DNA of 32,000 nt from Fibrobacter succinogenes subsp. succinogenes S85 (GTDB lineage: Bacteria; Fibrobacterota; Fibrobacteria; Fibrobacterales; Fibrobacteraceae): contig NC_017448.1 in the NCBI RefSeq assembly GCF_000146505.1, positions 3,090,001 to 3,122,000 on the forward strand, in the 5' to 3' direction. The notes below the pieces were generated by a model, which was given only the letters and a program-made list of their open reading frames with translations, had not been told where the DNA came from and did no database searches. This document shows positions 10,201-16,456 of this stretch, in pieces. Numbering within the stretch: position 1 is the stretch's first letter; every line of letters starts with the position of its first letter. Made by a program: the position numbers and the translations under genes.

Positions 10201-10272
10201 CGCACCTTTGACCTCAAGGGTCGCCCGGTCCGTGGCTCGTCGAATGCTCGAGGTGCTTACTACAAGAAGTAA
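4300..10272 (+). CDS. Giant secreted adhesin-like repeat protein (~1990 aa): ~80-aa beta-sandwich-like modules, three GLUG-motif beta-helix modules, one MBG domain, three ~80-aa C-terminal repeats, short basic tail
   Basis: The ORF runs 4288-10272. The preferred start is ATG 4300 (MKNIKIFAFLAIFLLSAFVSSAWA signal peptide). Modules of the form YTVSVPENLTISDAF..I.GVNYYK.GE.YTLT...ATF.MPSE.V.I.A recur at least 10 times. The GLUG-like segments read F.G.F.G.G.TI.GI.I....GLFG.L...A.V.N..V..... followed by many GGIAG/GGIVG turns. The MBG-type domain is LTVTAKNKIIVYGDEP...YSGFIGDETASVL.G.L...VGEYTITPSGLTSGNYEITYAAGTLTV. The protein ends ...FDLKGRPVRGSSNARGAYYKK. Confidence 0.9.
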   Translation: MKNIKIFAFLAIFLLSAFVSSAWAVDVTLTYKISVTGTIPHAYITNADGETACDWANGIGVLWPANEGHTMNDGYGITFTPNQELDKTNKNEKGNKVSTAFSTEEKETDFQVKVGKEGFYLKSVTFKENNTVKASSPSNIAPNSTSIGVRVPANKFFNYITVVLTVDAYTVSVPENLTISDAFATISGVNYYKSGEKYTLTLSTTNANEIIDGITGVKATLEADKKSATFKMPSEDVTIMATTAEVYTVSVPENLTISDAFATISGVNYYKSGEKYTLTLSTTNANEIIDGITGVEATLEADKKSATFKMPSEDVTITATIASIVKEWDNGDGTKESPYKITSVEDLNTLAERVNAGNDFKGKYFKLTTDIEYSHKTKWENASSSTEHNFTPIGIYDDYSGYTYTFNGIFDGDGKTIRGIRINSDEYFSRVGLFGFLGGDAEVKNLRVADAVISAYEEVGTIAGHNEGKIRDCIVDSVLFKNVQRMCGGIAGYNQGTLSGNLVIRVTISTGSGYGAVAGINSSGRLSNNFYTACTFAGVENATNVGTADEKAFYQHQQVSYDVTDDNGAVSIHAVTLGEGISITSPKSPIYTDNDKNAYYMAGEICTITVANEDGIIEKITGVTASNENVTMNLAADKKSATFTMPSENVTITAEFPSTVVGYTVSVPGDLTISDAFATIEGVDYYKVGETYTLTAKENEIINTITGVTASNETVTIKLAADFKTATFEMPGEDVTITATTAEVYTVSVPENLTISDAFAIIEGVNYYKVGETYTLTAKENEIINTITGVTASNETVTINLAADKKSATFTMPSENVTITATTAEVYTVSVPENLTISDAFAIIEGVNYYKVGETYTLTLSNAKVNGFIDGITGVTATIAADRKSATFTMPSENVEMSASISKIWGGDDGRDGSKEHPYTIASVSELNELALVVNSGNDFKDMYFEVVEDIVYDVTQTDNGNNYTAIGDSKHPFNGKFNGNGHTISGIRIYKPNGYNQGLFGWLGEGAEVENVKLADVEITAEQVSGGIAGANDRGSIRNCTVEKSVKIVFTGNSFGGIVGNNTGTVSGCTSSATLISLGVSHDIGGIAGDNAAGGVLKDNLVIGAYVLTTSSRLGTIVGNNDEGTLNNNFYIACTVAGVENATNVGTGHGDVTENNGAVSIHAVTLGEGFSIVTPEKSIYTDNDRHNYYKAGETLTLEINFAGEKKTATFNMPNRDVEIAATASELHTVTVPEGFDISEPYLTIGGIKYYRLGETYTLTLTTAKIDEVIGEITGVTASIANDGKSATFTMPSENVEISATISKILWGGDDGRDGSKEHPYTIASAAELSVLALAVNSGNDFKDTYFEVVEDIVYDVTQTDNGNNYTAIGNEKLPFNGKFNGNGHTISGIRINKPKDYYQGLFGYLDEGAEVENVKVADVEITANHYAGGIAGESKGSIRNCTVEKSVKLAATGMDSRFFGGIAGVNGGTVSGCTSSATLTATGVDSRFFGGIVGDNGGTVSGCTSSATLTGSGYDREFGGIVGQNGGTVSGNTSSATLTTTGVDSRFFGGIVGHSWKGFISNNIAKNVTVSAPEYYGAVVGETENSKLENNFYTACTVNGVENATNVGVDGSDVTENYGAVGISFTEPAAVKDLVYNKLSHELVTAGKTNFGMLLYSLDGENYGTEIPTATDAKTYTVYYRVDKDGENVILPRTIKVSIAKIPLTVTAKNKIIVYGDEPANDGVEYSGFIGDETASVLGGKLTYSYNYKKLDKVGEYTITPSGLTSGNYEITYAAGTLTVKKADVSVEALAAKEKLVYNGKAQELVTAGKTNFGTLLYSLDGKKYSSEIPAATDAKTYTVYYKVEGSDNWNAYEAKKVEVKIAKADVSVDAPVAKEKLVYSGKSQELVTAGKTNFGTLLYSLDGKKYSSEIPTATDAKTYTVYYKVEGSDNWNAFEAKKVEVVIAKSTAIGHMNTRAARVIKVGADRTFDLKGRPVRGSSNARGAYYKK
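4801..5268 (+). repeat. Intragenic tandem repeat, 2 x 234 nt (78 aa), near-identical
   Basis: tgagtgtacc occurs at 4811 and 5045. The two copies differ at only a handful of positions over ~210 nt and then diverge at the 3' end. Confidence 0.9.
6285..7010 (+). repeat. Intragenic tandem repeat, 3 x 246 nt (82 aa), mosaic identity
   Basis: gtataccgtg occurs at 6531 and 6777. Copies 2 and 3 are identical for about the first 100 nt and then diverge. The 3' half of copy 1 matches the 3' half of copy 2. Confidence 0.9.
6950..8647 (+). repeat. ~1.2-kb segmental duplication inside the giant gene (module end plus GLUG module; 6950-7444 vs 8155-8647 highly similar)
   Basis: atggggcggggatgacggcagggatggttccaaggaacacccct occurs at 7011 and again at 8217, an offset of 1206 nt. 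Similarity continues through ...ggctcgatccgcaactgcactgtagaaaaatctgttaaa in both copies. Confidence 0.85.
8655..8960 (+). repeat. Intragenic tandem repeat, ~3.4 x 90 nt (30 aa: G.DSRFFGGI.G.NGGTVSGCTSSATLT..)
   Basis: ggatagtagatttttcggcggcat occurs at 8664, 8754 and 8931. The spacings are 90 nt and 177 nt; the 177 nt spans two units, 90 + 87, the intervening unit carrying tatgatcgtgaattcggcggcat instead of this word. The repeat is present only in the second copy of the 1.2-kb duplication. Confidence 0.85.
9649..10140 (+). repeat. Intragenic tandem repeat, 2 x 246 nt, near-identical (KADVSV.A..AKEKLVY.GK.QELVTAGKTNFGTLLYSLDGKKYSSEIP...)
   Basis: gctgatgtctcc occurs at 9649 and 9895. A more diverged third copy lies at about 9170-9400. 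Confidence 0.88.
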
Positions 10273-10321
10273 CCTCGCTATCCTCGCTCTCCCCGCTTGA
10301 CGGGGAATGCTTGGAACAAAA

Positions 10322-10352
10322 CAAAAAAGCTCCGCGATGGCGGAGCTTTTTG
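10322..10352. terminator. Bidirectional rho-independent terminator between convergent genes
   Basis: An A run, stem agctccgc (10328-10335), loop gatg, stem gcggagct (10340-10347), then a T run. It lies between the stop of the giant gene (10272) and the stop of the helicase gene (10381). Confidence 0.8.
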
Positions 10353-10380
10353 CGTTTGCTAGACGACGCTTCTAACGAGA

Positions 10381-12156
10381 CTATGCTCTTGCGGCGAGTT
10401 CCTCGGGCGTCCTCATAAGAATGTCCCAGTCGCCGCGCTTGATGATTTTATAGGCATAGCCCTGTTCCGTGAGGAACAGCTGACGGTTCATCGCGAATTC
10501 CTGTTCCTTGGAGTCCTGCGTCACGATGCTGTAGAAGTGGGCGGCGCCGCCGTCGCTCTTCGGACGCAATACGCGGCCGAGGCGCTGGGCTTCTTCCTGG
10601 CGGCTACCGAACGTACCCGAAATCTGGATAAGCACGTTGGCGTCCGGCAAGTCGATAGCGAAGTTACCGACCTTCGAGACCATGAGGTTCTTCTGCGCGC
10701 CCGAACGGAAGGCTCCGTAAAGCTTTTCGCGTTCCTTGTTCGGCGTCTTGCCGGTAATCAGCGGAATCTGCAAGTCTTCGGAAAGTGCTTCAAGCTGGTC
10801 AATGTACTGGCCGATGATAAGCACGCGGTCATCGGGCTTGCTGAAGTACTTGAGTAAGCGTTCGACGATGTCCGTCTTTTCGGGGTTCGTGCTTGCGAGT
10901 GTAATCTTGTCGCGCACCGGAGCAAGGGCGTACTTCATCTTGAGTTCCGGATCCATCGGGATGCGGATTTCGTTACAGTCGGCGGTGGCAATCCAGCCCT
11001 GGGCTTCCAAGATGCGCCAAGGAATGTCGAACTTTTTCGGTCCGATCAAACTGAACACTTCGGTTTCCTTGTGGTCTTCACGGACGAGCGTTGCCGTAAG
11101 GCCCAGGCGGCGAGTGGCCTGCATTTCGGTACTCAAGCGGAACACCGGAGCCGGGAGCAAGTGGACTTCGTCGTAAATCATGAGGCCCCACTTTTCCTGG
11201 CTGAAAAGCGGGAAGTTTGCAAGTTCTTTCTTGACCTCTTCTTCGGTCATTTCTGGTTCCTTGCCTTCCTTGTTTTCGTCGCCCTTCTTGGCGCGCTTGC
11301 GCTGCGTCAAAATCTGGTACGTGGCAACGGTCACCGGACCGATTTCCTTCACTTCGCCGGAGTATTCCTTGACCTGGTCAAGCGTAAGGTTCGTCTTGTC
11401 GCAGATTTCGCGGATCCACTGACGAGAAGACGAAATGTTCGGCGTTAAAATCAAAGTCTTAGTTTGTACCAAAGCCATCGTGGCAAGGCCAATCACCGTC
11501 TTACCGGAACCGCAGGGGAGAACAATCACGCCGGAACCGCCCTTTTCGCTACCGCTGGCGTAGAATACCTGTGCGGCATCCTTCTGGTAATCGCGGAGCT
11601 TGAACGGCTTGCCGGAAACGGTTGTTTCGCGGAGCTGGATGGGGAGCGGGTCGCCAACGGTATAACCGGCCAAGTCTTCGACCGGGAAACCAGCGTTGGT
11701 GAGGACCATTTTCAAATGACCACGACGTTCCGGGTCAACGACGACGTGCGTATCGTCAATGTGCTCGATAATAAAAGGTTCAACGTCCTTGAGCTTGCAA
11801 ATTTCAAGGAACATTAATTTATCATCAGATTCCATCAACAAGCGGTCGTCTTCTTTTTTCAAACGAAGTAAACCGTAACGAGCCATGTAGTCTTCGATTT
11901 CCGTGACGACCGTCGGCGGAATGGGGTAGCGGCTCTGGCTCTCGAGTCTTTCGAGAACTTCGGGAGCGCGGAGGCCTGTTGCGGCAGCGTTCCACAAGCT
12001 CAAATGAGAAATCTTGTAAGTGTGCAGGTGCTCTGGGCTTTTGACAAGCTCTGTAAAAGGAGCGATTGCATCACGTGCGGTAGTGTAATTAGGATTATCG
12101 ACCTCGACCATAATTTCGAGGTTACTTTGTACAATTATTGCGCCATTCGGATTCAT
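10381..12156 (-). CDS. XPB/RAD25 (ERCC3)-type SF2 DNA helicase
   Basis: 591-aa ORF. Walker A is LPCGSGKTVIG, motif II is IYDEVHLLPA, and the XPB-specific RED motif is present in LTATLVREDHKE. The N-terminal damage-recognition-like domain and C-terminal helicase lobe give the overall XPB layout. Confidence 0.88.
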   Translation of the reverse strand: MNPNGAIIVQSNLEIMVEVDNPNYTTARDAIAPFTELVKSPEHLHTYKISHLSLWNAAATGLRAPEVLERLESQSRYPIPPTVVTEIEDYMARYGLLRLKKEDDRLLMESDDKLMFLEICKLKDVEPFIIEHIDDTHVVVDPERRGHLKMVLTNAGFPVEDLAGYTVGDPLPIQLRETTVSGKPFKLRDYQKDAAQVFYASGSEKGGSGVIVLPCGSGKTVIGLATMALVQTKTLILTPNISSSRQWIREICDKTNLTLDQVKEYSGEVKEIGPVTVATYQILTQRKRAKKGDENKEGKEPEMTEEEVKKELANFPLFSQEKWGLMIYDEVHLLPAPVFRLSTEMQATRRLGLTATLVREDHKETEVFSLIGPKKFDIPWRILEAQGWIATADCNEIRIPMDPELKMKYALAPVRDKITLASTNPEKTDIVERLLKYFSKPDDRVLIIGQYIDQLEALSEDLQIPLITGKTPNKEREKLYGAFRSGAQKNLMVSKVGNFAIDLPDANVLIQISGTFGSRQEEAQRLGRVLRPKSDGGAAHFYSIVTQDSKEQEFAMNRQLFLTEQGYAYKIIKRGDWDILMRTPEELAARA

Positions 12157-12240
12157 AGAGTGCCAAATTTAGTTATTTAGGGCGGGTTTCGCAAGACACG
12201 CATTTTTGCTGAAAATCTTACAAAAAGGCTCTTGAAACAT

Positions 12241-12274
12241 AAAAGAAAAACTCCCCGGACTTGTATCCGAGGAG
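12241..12274 (-). terminator. Rho-independent terminator downstream of tRNA-Thr
   Basis: On the minus strand: ACTCCTCGGA-tacaag-TCCGGGGAGT (one mismatch), followed by ttttcttt. Confidence 0.7.
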
Positions 12275-12280
12275 TCTTTC

Positions 12281-12353
12281 GAGCCGCCCAGCAGATTTGA
12301 ACTGCCGACCTGCTGATTACGAATCAGCTGCTCTACCAGCTGAGCTAGAGCGG
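12281..12353 (-). tRNA. tRNA-Thr (anticodon CGU)
   Basis: The reverse complement folds by hand into a cloverleaf: GCCGCTC TA GCTC AGCTGGTA GAGC A GCTGA TTCGTAA TCAGC AGGTC GGCAG TTCAAAT CTGCT GGGCGGC T. The 7-bp acceptor stem has one G-U pair. The anticodon loop is UU-CGU-AA. CCA is not encoded. Confidence 0.9.
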
Positions 12354-12466
12354 CGAACGGGGACAAATATAGTAAAACGATTATTTCTTGTCAAGATTTA
12401 CTGACAACCTTTATTTTTTTTTCTATGATTGGTCTACGAGAAAATTTTAAACATGGAAGCTTAATT

Positions 12467-13153
12467 ATGGCTAACGAATCTAATAATAACCAATCTGAAC
12501 TTAAAGCCTTCTTTGTCCAGCACGGTACGAAGATCGCTGTGGCGTTTGTTATCCTCTTCGCAATTATCGCTGGCATTGTCCAGTATAAGGAAGCTCGCAA
12601 GGTGGCTGCTGCTGAACAGAGCGAACTCATCGGTATGGGCCTTACTTACCTCTATGCAGGCGAAAAGGATAGCGCTCTCGTTGAATTCGAAAACAAGATT
12701 GCTTCTGGCAAGCTTGAAGGTCTTGCTCTCGCCAAGGCTTCGCTCCTCGCTGCAAACATCAAGTATGAAAAGCGCGACTATGATGGCGCTGCTCTCCTCT
12801 TCCAGAACTCTTTGGATAACGCTGGTTCCGTCGCTCTCGTGCGTTCGGCTGCCATGCACGGTCTTGCCGCTGTGAAGATGGAAAAGGGCGACTTCTCCGC
12901 CGCAGCAAACTTCCTCGAAAAGTACATTGCTGAATTCGGCAAGCGCACTGGTGACAAGGAAGACCGCTATCAGAAGGACGAACCGGCTGACGAGGTCCCG
13001 ATGGTTGCAGACGCCATGTGGAAGCTCACACTCGTGTACCAGCAGCTCGGTGCAAGCGACAAGGCTAAGGCTACGGCAGAACGCTTGCTCCATATCTATG
13101 GTGACAATCGCGCATTCGCAGACAAGGCTCGTAAGTTCCTCGCTGCTCTCTAA
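12467..13153 (+). CDS. Membrane-anchored tetratricopeptide-like protein (YfgM/TPR_21-like)
   Basis: The ORF opens at 12425, but the preferred start is ATG 12467 (MANESNN...). It has one N-terminal TM helix (IAVAFVILFAIIAGIV), followed by an all-helical Ala/Leu-rich TPR-like domain. Confidence 0.65.
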   Translation: MANESNNNQSELKAFFVQHGTKIAVAFVILFAIIAGIVQYKEARKVAAAEQSELIGMGLTYLYAGEKDSALVEFENKIASGKLEGLALAKASLLAANIKYEKRDYDGAALLFQNSLDNAGSVALVRSAAMHGLAAVKMEKGDFSAAANFLEKYIAEFGKRTGDKEDRYQKDEPADEVPMVADAMWKLTLVYQQLGASDKAKATAERLLHIYGDNRAFADKARKFLAAL

Positions 13154-13178
13154 TCGCTAATTTTCTGAAAAATTTAAG

Positions 13179-13208
13179 TCCGTCTCCTTATTGGGGACGG
13201 ATTTTTTT
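13179..13208 (+). terminator. Rho-independent terminator
   Basis: Stem tccgtctcc, loop ttatt, stem ggggacgga (one mismatch), followed by ttttttt. Confidence 0.7.
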
Positions 13209-13461
13209 ATGGAGGTGTTTGTAGAAAATTTCTTTTAGTTAAGGCGAGAATTATTCTTTAATAAGAGAAAAAAAGTAATCGTTTAGAGAATAAAGCGTCG
13301 GCCAAGGATGGGGAGGGTGCAGGGAGGGGCCCGTGCGGCCTTCGCAACTCCGAGCTGGGGCCCCGCCCGCATGAAGTTCTTCTTAAAAATCTATTTACAA
13401 TCAAAGACTTTTTAAAAAAGTATATTGATTTTATACACAACCTAAGATGGGAGGGTGCGCC

Positions 13462-13740
13462 ATGAAAAAATTTTTCTTGGTAATGACAGTGGTTTTGCCA
13501 TTTTCATTAACTGCATGCGGAGATTCCGTCGAAAAAATCACGGACGATATGGTGCGGGATGCCATAAAGTGCGAGACGAATGAATACGACAAGGCCAAGT
13601 GTGATCAGCTTACTGTCGTGTACAAGGAACGCAAGGGCAAGTTCACTGCGGAAGAGCAAAAAGAAGTTGAAAAAAGAGTCCTCACGAAGTTCTTTGAAGA
13701 GATGGCTCTTGTGAAAGAAAAGGCCAAGAAGAAAAAGTAG
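13462..13740 (+). CDS. Small lipoprotein, unknown function
   Basis: The ORF opens at 13447, but the preferred start is ATG 13462, preceded by GGGAGGG. The signal peptide MKKFFLVMTVVLPFSLTAC carries a lipobox (L-T-A-C). The mature part is Lys/Glu-rich. Confidence 0.6.
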   Translation: MKKFFLVMTVVLPFSLTACGDSVEKITDDMVRDAIKCETNEYDKAKCDQLTVVYKERKGKFTAEEQKEVEKRVLTKFFEEMALVKEKAKKKK

Positions 13741-13748
13741 TGGAGGGC

Positions 13749-14786
13749 TTAAAAGGCTAAGACCCAACCGATGATAAATAAGGCGTAGTAGGCGGCAATC
13801 CAAAGGATGTCGGCTGCGACTGTTGGCGCTCCCCAGCGGAGCGTCTTCTTTTTGGGGATGAATCCGCAAAGTAGGCCTGCGATGAAACCGTACAGGTGGC
13901 CGAGGATGTCGGCATTTTCACCGAGGCCGAGGAACACGGCGAGCGAGGCGGCGCCGCAGAGCGGCGCAAAGCGACGGAGCAGGCCGTGCGTTTCGCGCGG
14001 CATGAGACGGAACTCAATGACGGCGAGGCAACCGATGGTTGCAAAAACGAAGCCGGAAAAGCCGAGCGAGCGGAAGCTTGTCTGCACTGTGAGCGCAACG
14101 AAGAAGTTAGCGACTGCACTTGCGACCGCCAGGAACGGCACGAGCTTTGCAAGCGGAATGCGGTAATGTAGCAGGCTCAGCGCTAAGAATCCCGAGACGA
14201 GGTTGCTCGCTAGGTGGCGGCTATCGGCATGGAGCGTCATGGCGGTAATTGTGCGCCACCATTCTCCGCGCAAGATTTTTGATGCATCGGCAATGCCTGC
14301 GTTGTGCATCTGGATGGAAATGTCTGAAAAATCTAACAGCGTACAGGCGATGGGAATGGCAAGTACCCAGAGCGGGTGTAACGTGAATTTTAGTGGGAGC
14401 GGCGGGTTCTCGTCGCGCGGTGGATTTTCGCGGTGGTAGAGGCGGATCTGGAATTGCGCCATGCGGCGTTTTTCGGGCTCCACGAAAATTTGGAACGGGC
14501 CTTCTTCAGAGCGCTCGATGCGGTGCGAAATTCCCTGAGACAAAAGCACGAGACTCTCGTCGCGGATTTGCCTGAAACCGCCCTCGCTGATGCGGACATC
14601 GGGCGGAATCTGAGGCTGTTCTTCGAGTTGCTCGGAGCCTTGTTCTGTTGAAGGCTGCGCGGTCTGCGAAAAATCAATGTCTCGTGTAATCGGGGATGGC
14701 GCGAAATCTTGGGCTGCACGCGGGTCTGTGCCGAGTTTGTCTGCATCCGGTCGGCGGCGAATCATGGGCGACATAAAGCGGGGCAT
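13749..14786 (-). CDS. Rhomboid-family intramembrane serine protease with N-terminal cytoplasmic extension
   Basis: Catalytic GFSGFVFATIG (GxSG) and a downstream ILGHLYGFIAGLLCG His helix are present. The HADSRHLASNL motif (H..xH...N) is also present. The preferred start is ATG at 14786 (MPRFMSP...), with GGAGA 7 nt upstream, 14 nt after the stop of the preceding gene. The longer ORF (to 14855) would overlap that gene. Confidence 0.8.
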   Translation of the reverse strand: MPRFMSPMIRRRPDADKLGTDPRAAQDFAPSPITRDIDFSQTAQPSTEQGSEQLEEQPQIPPDVRISEGGFRQIRDESLVLLSQGISHRIERSEEGPFQIFVEPEKRRMAQFQIRLYHRENPPRDENPPLPLKFTLHPLWVLAIPIACTLLDFSDISIQMHNAGIADASKILRGEWWRTITAMTLHADSRHLASNLVSGFLALSLLHYRIPLAKLVPFLAVASAVANFFVALTVQTSFRSLGFSGFVFATIGCLAVIEFRLMPRETHGLLRRFAPLCGAASLAVFLGLGENADILGHLYGFIAGLLCGFIPKKKTLRWGAPTVAADILWIAAYYALFIIGWVLAF

Positions 14787-14800
14787 GATGATTCTCCGTG

Positions 14801-16456
14801 TTATTGAATACGTGCCGCCGACGTGAGCGCAAACTTGCCGGTTGCCGTTTCGCATTCGGCACGGACGTAGGCAAATCCAAGTGTCGCGACCGGAATGTCA
14901 GCGTGGTTGGGGGTGGCAACTTGGCTTCCGATCATCACTTCTTCTTCGGGGGCGAGCTTGCCGTTGCTCTGTATGCGGCGTCCGTAAATGCGGACGTAGC
15001 GGAATCCTCCGCCGGTTTCTTTGTTGCTGCGGGCATGGAACGTGATTCCGTTATCGTCGCGTTCCCACCAGAGGGCCGGACCGTCTGTGATGTAGCAGTT
15101 GTCTGCGGTGAATGCAGCGTTAATGTCTGCAAGCGAGAGCGCAGATTCTTGTTTCGCTTTACTTCCTACTTCCGACTTCCTACTTCCTACTTTAATCACC
15201 GTGCGGACATTCCCGAAGGTATGCGCTCGTGTATGCTTGAGCGAAATAAGTGGCAAGTCGACTGCGGTCATGCTGTTCAAGTCACCGTGGGCGTCGTTCC
15301 CGCCGATGGGGAGCAGGTAATTGCCTTTGCCTAACTCATTTATCCAAAATTCTCGGCCGAGCTTGAAACCTTCATCGCGGATGCCGTTCCAGAATTGCAA
15401 CCCGCGAATGGAATGCTTGTTTTTCAGCTGCAAATCTTCGGGCTTCCAGTAACCGCGGCGGAACACGAACTTTTCCAAGAGTCCCATTTGCTGGAACGGG
15501 TGCGCTGCGAAGCAGTGCGCCTCGGTCATGTTCAGGATTTGCTTGATGCTGCGCGTTGGTCTGTTCTCAAGCCAATAGCGGCCGCAGTCGCCGAGCCCCG
15601 GGAGGTAACCTTCGGGGGCGAGGACAGTCATGTGTACATTCTCGCCTTTGCTGTTCCCTGCAGATACTTCTTCGCCGGCGAGCATGAGCGGCATGTCGTT
15701 TCCGTTTTCATCTTTCACTGGGAGCGCTGCAATCTCTTCGCGCAACTTCTGGAATCTTGGAACGGGCGAGTCTGCTTCTTTGGTGTAGTCCTCTTGCGTG
15801 AATGCAAAATCGTAAGCGTGGTTCGTGCAGTTCACAAAATCAAGACCGACAGCCTTGGCGGCTAGCTGCAAGACTTCGGGCGTGGCGCCGTATTCCACAT
15901 GGTCTGCAGAATAATGCGTGTGGCAGTGCATTTCGCCTGCGGCGTAGCCGGGGGCGATGGGAGGCTTCTCGTTTAAGACCTTGAAGCAGAGCGGAACAGG
16001 TTTAAGTCTCGGCAAGTTCCAGCGCTCAAACGTTTGCGATTTGCCTTCGCGTTCAACGGTCAGCTTGCAATGCGCTTCGTACGAACCAACCGGAATTTTC
16101 CCGAGTGCAAGCGGAATAAATTTCATCTGCTCGCGGACTTCAATATTCAAGTCTTTGCAAATGACGATGTCCGGTTGCGGCGCATCTTGTTTTTGCTGCG
16201 CATCTTGTAATAGCAGTGCATCATGTTGCGCATTTTGCGTCCGCGATTTTAAAACGATTTCCGCATTTTTAATTGTTGTCGGGAAATGGTCGGCATCTCG
16301 CACGACAATCCAAAGGTATGGCTCAACGCCTGGCACAAACTGGAACGGTGCATCGAAAATGATTTCGGGCCACGGCTTGTAAAGGAGCGACCAGGGTAGC
16401 TTGAACTTAAAATGCGTTTCTGCATAACGCAATTTTTCCCCCGGCCAAAAACTCAT
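14801..16456 (-). CDS. PHP-domain (CehA/McbA-like) metal-dependent phosphoesterase with N- and C-terminal extra domains
   Basis: 551-aa ORF. It carries the HCHTHYSADH motif and a later GGNDAHG motif, which are typical first and last PHP metal-binding motifs. Its ATG overlaps the TGA of the upstream gene (TGATG at 16454-16458). Confidence 0.72.
   Translation of the reverse strand: MSFWPGEKLRYAETHFKFKLPWSLLYKPWPEIIFDAPFQFVPGVEPYLWIVVRDADHFPTTIKNAEIVLKSRTQNAQHDALLLQDAQQKQDAPQPDIVICKDLNIEVREQMKFIPLALGKIPVGSYEAHCKLTVEREGKSQTFERWNLPRLKPVPLCFKVLNEKPPIAPGYAAGEMHCHTHYSADHVEYGATPEVLQLAAKAVGLDFVNCTNHAYDFAFTQEDYTKEADSPVPRFQKLREEIAALPVKDENGNDMPLMLAGEEVSAGNSKGENVHMTVLAPEGYLPGLGDCGRYWLENRPTRSIKQILNMTEAHCFAAHPFQQMGLLEKFVFRRGYWKPEDLQLKNKHSIRGLQFWNGIRDEGFKLGREFWINELGKGNYLLPIGGNDAHGDLNSMTAVDLPLISLKHTRAHTFGNVRTVIKVGSRKSEVGSKAKQESALSLADINAAFTADNCYITDGPALWWERDDNGITFHARSNKETGGGFRYVRIYGRRIQSNGKLAPEEEVMIGSQVATPNHADIPVATLGFAYVRAECETATGKFALTSAARIQ
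15161..15188. repeat. Heptanucleotide tandem repeat (ACTTCCT/ACTTCCG) x4 inside the PHP-protein CDS
   Basis: The plus strand reads acttcct acttccg acttcct acttcct, then actttaa. On the coding (minus) strand it is translated as ...VGSRKSEVGSKAKQ... Confidence 0.85.

Noticed and set aside
12169-12366. 65-aa ORF on the minus strand
   Set aside because: It is the translation of the tRNA-Thr gene and its flanks (…AQLVEQLIRNQQVGSSNLLGG…). It is not a protein gene.
12157-12424. Genomic island or integration site at tRNA-Thr
   Set aside because: There is no integrase, no direct repeat of the tRNA 3' end and no compositional break on either side. The neighbours are ordinary chromosomal genes.
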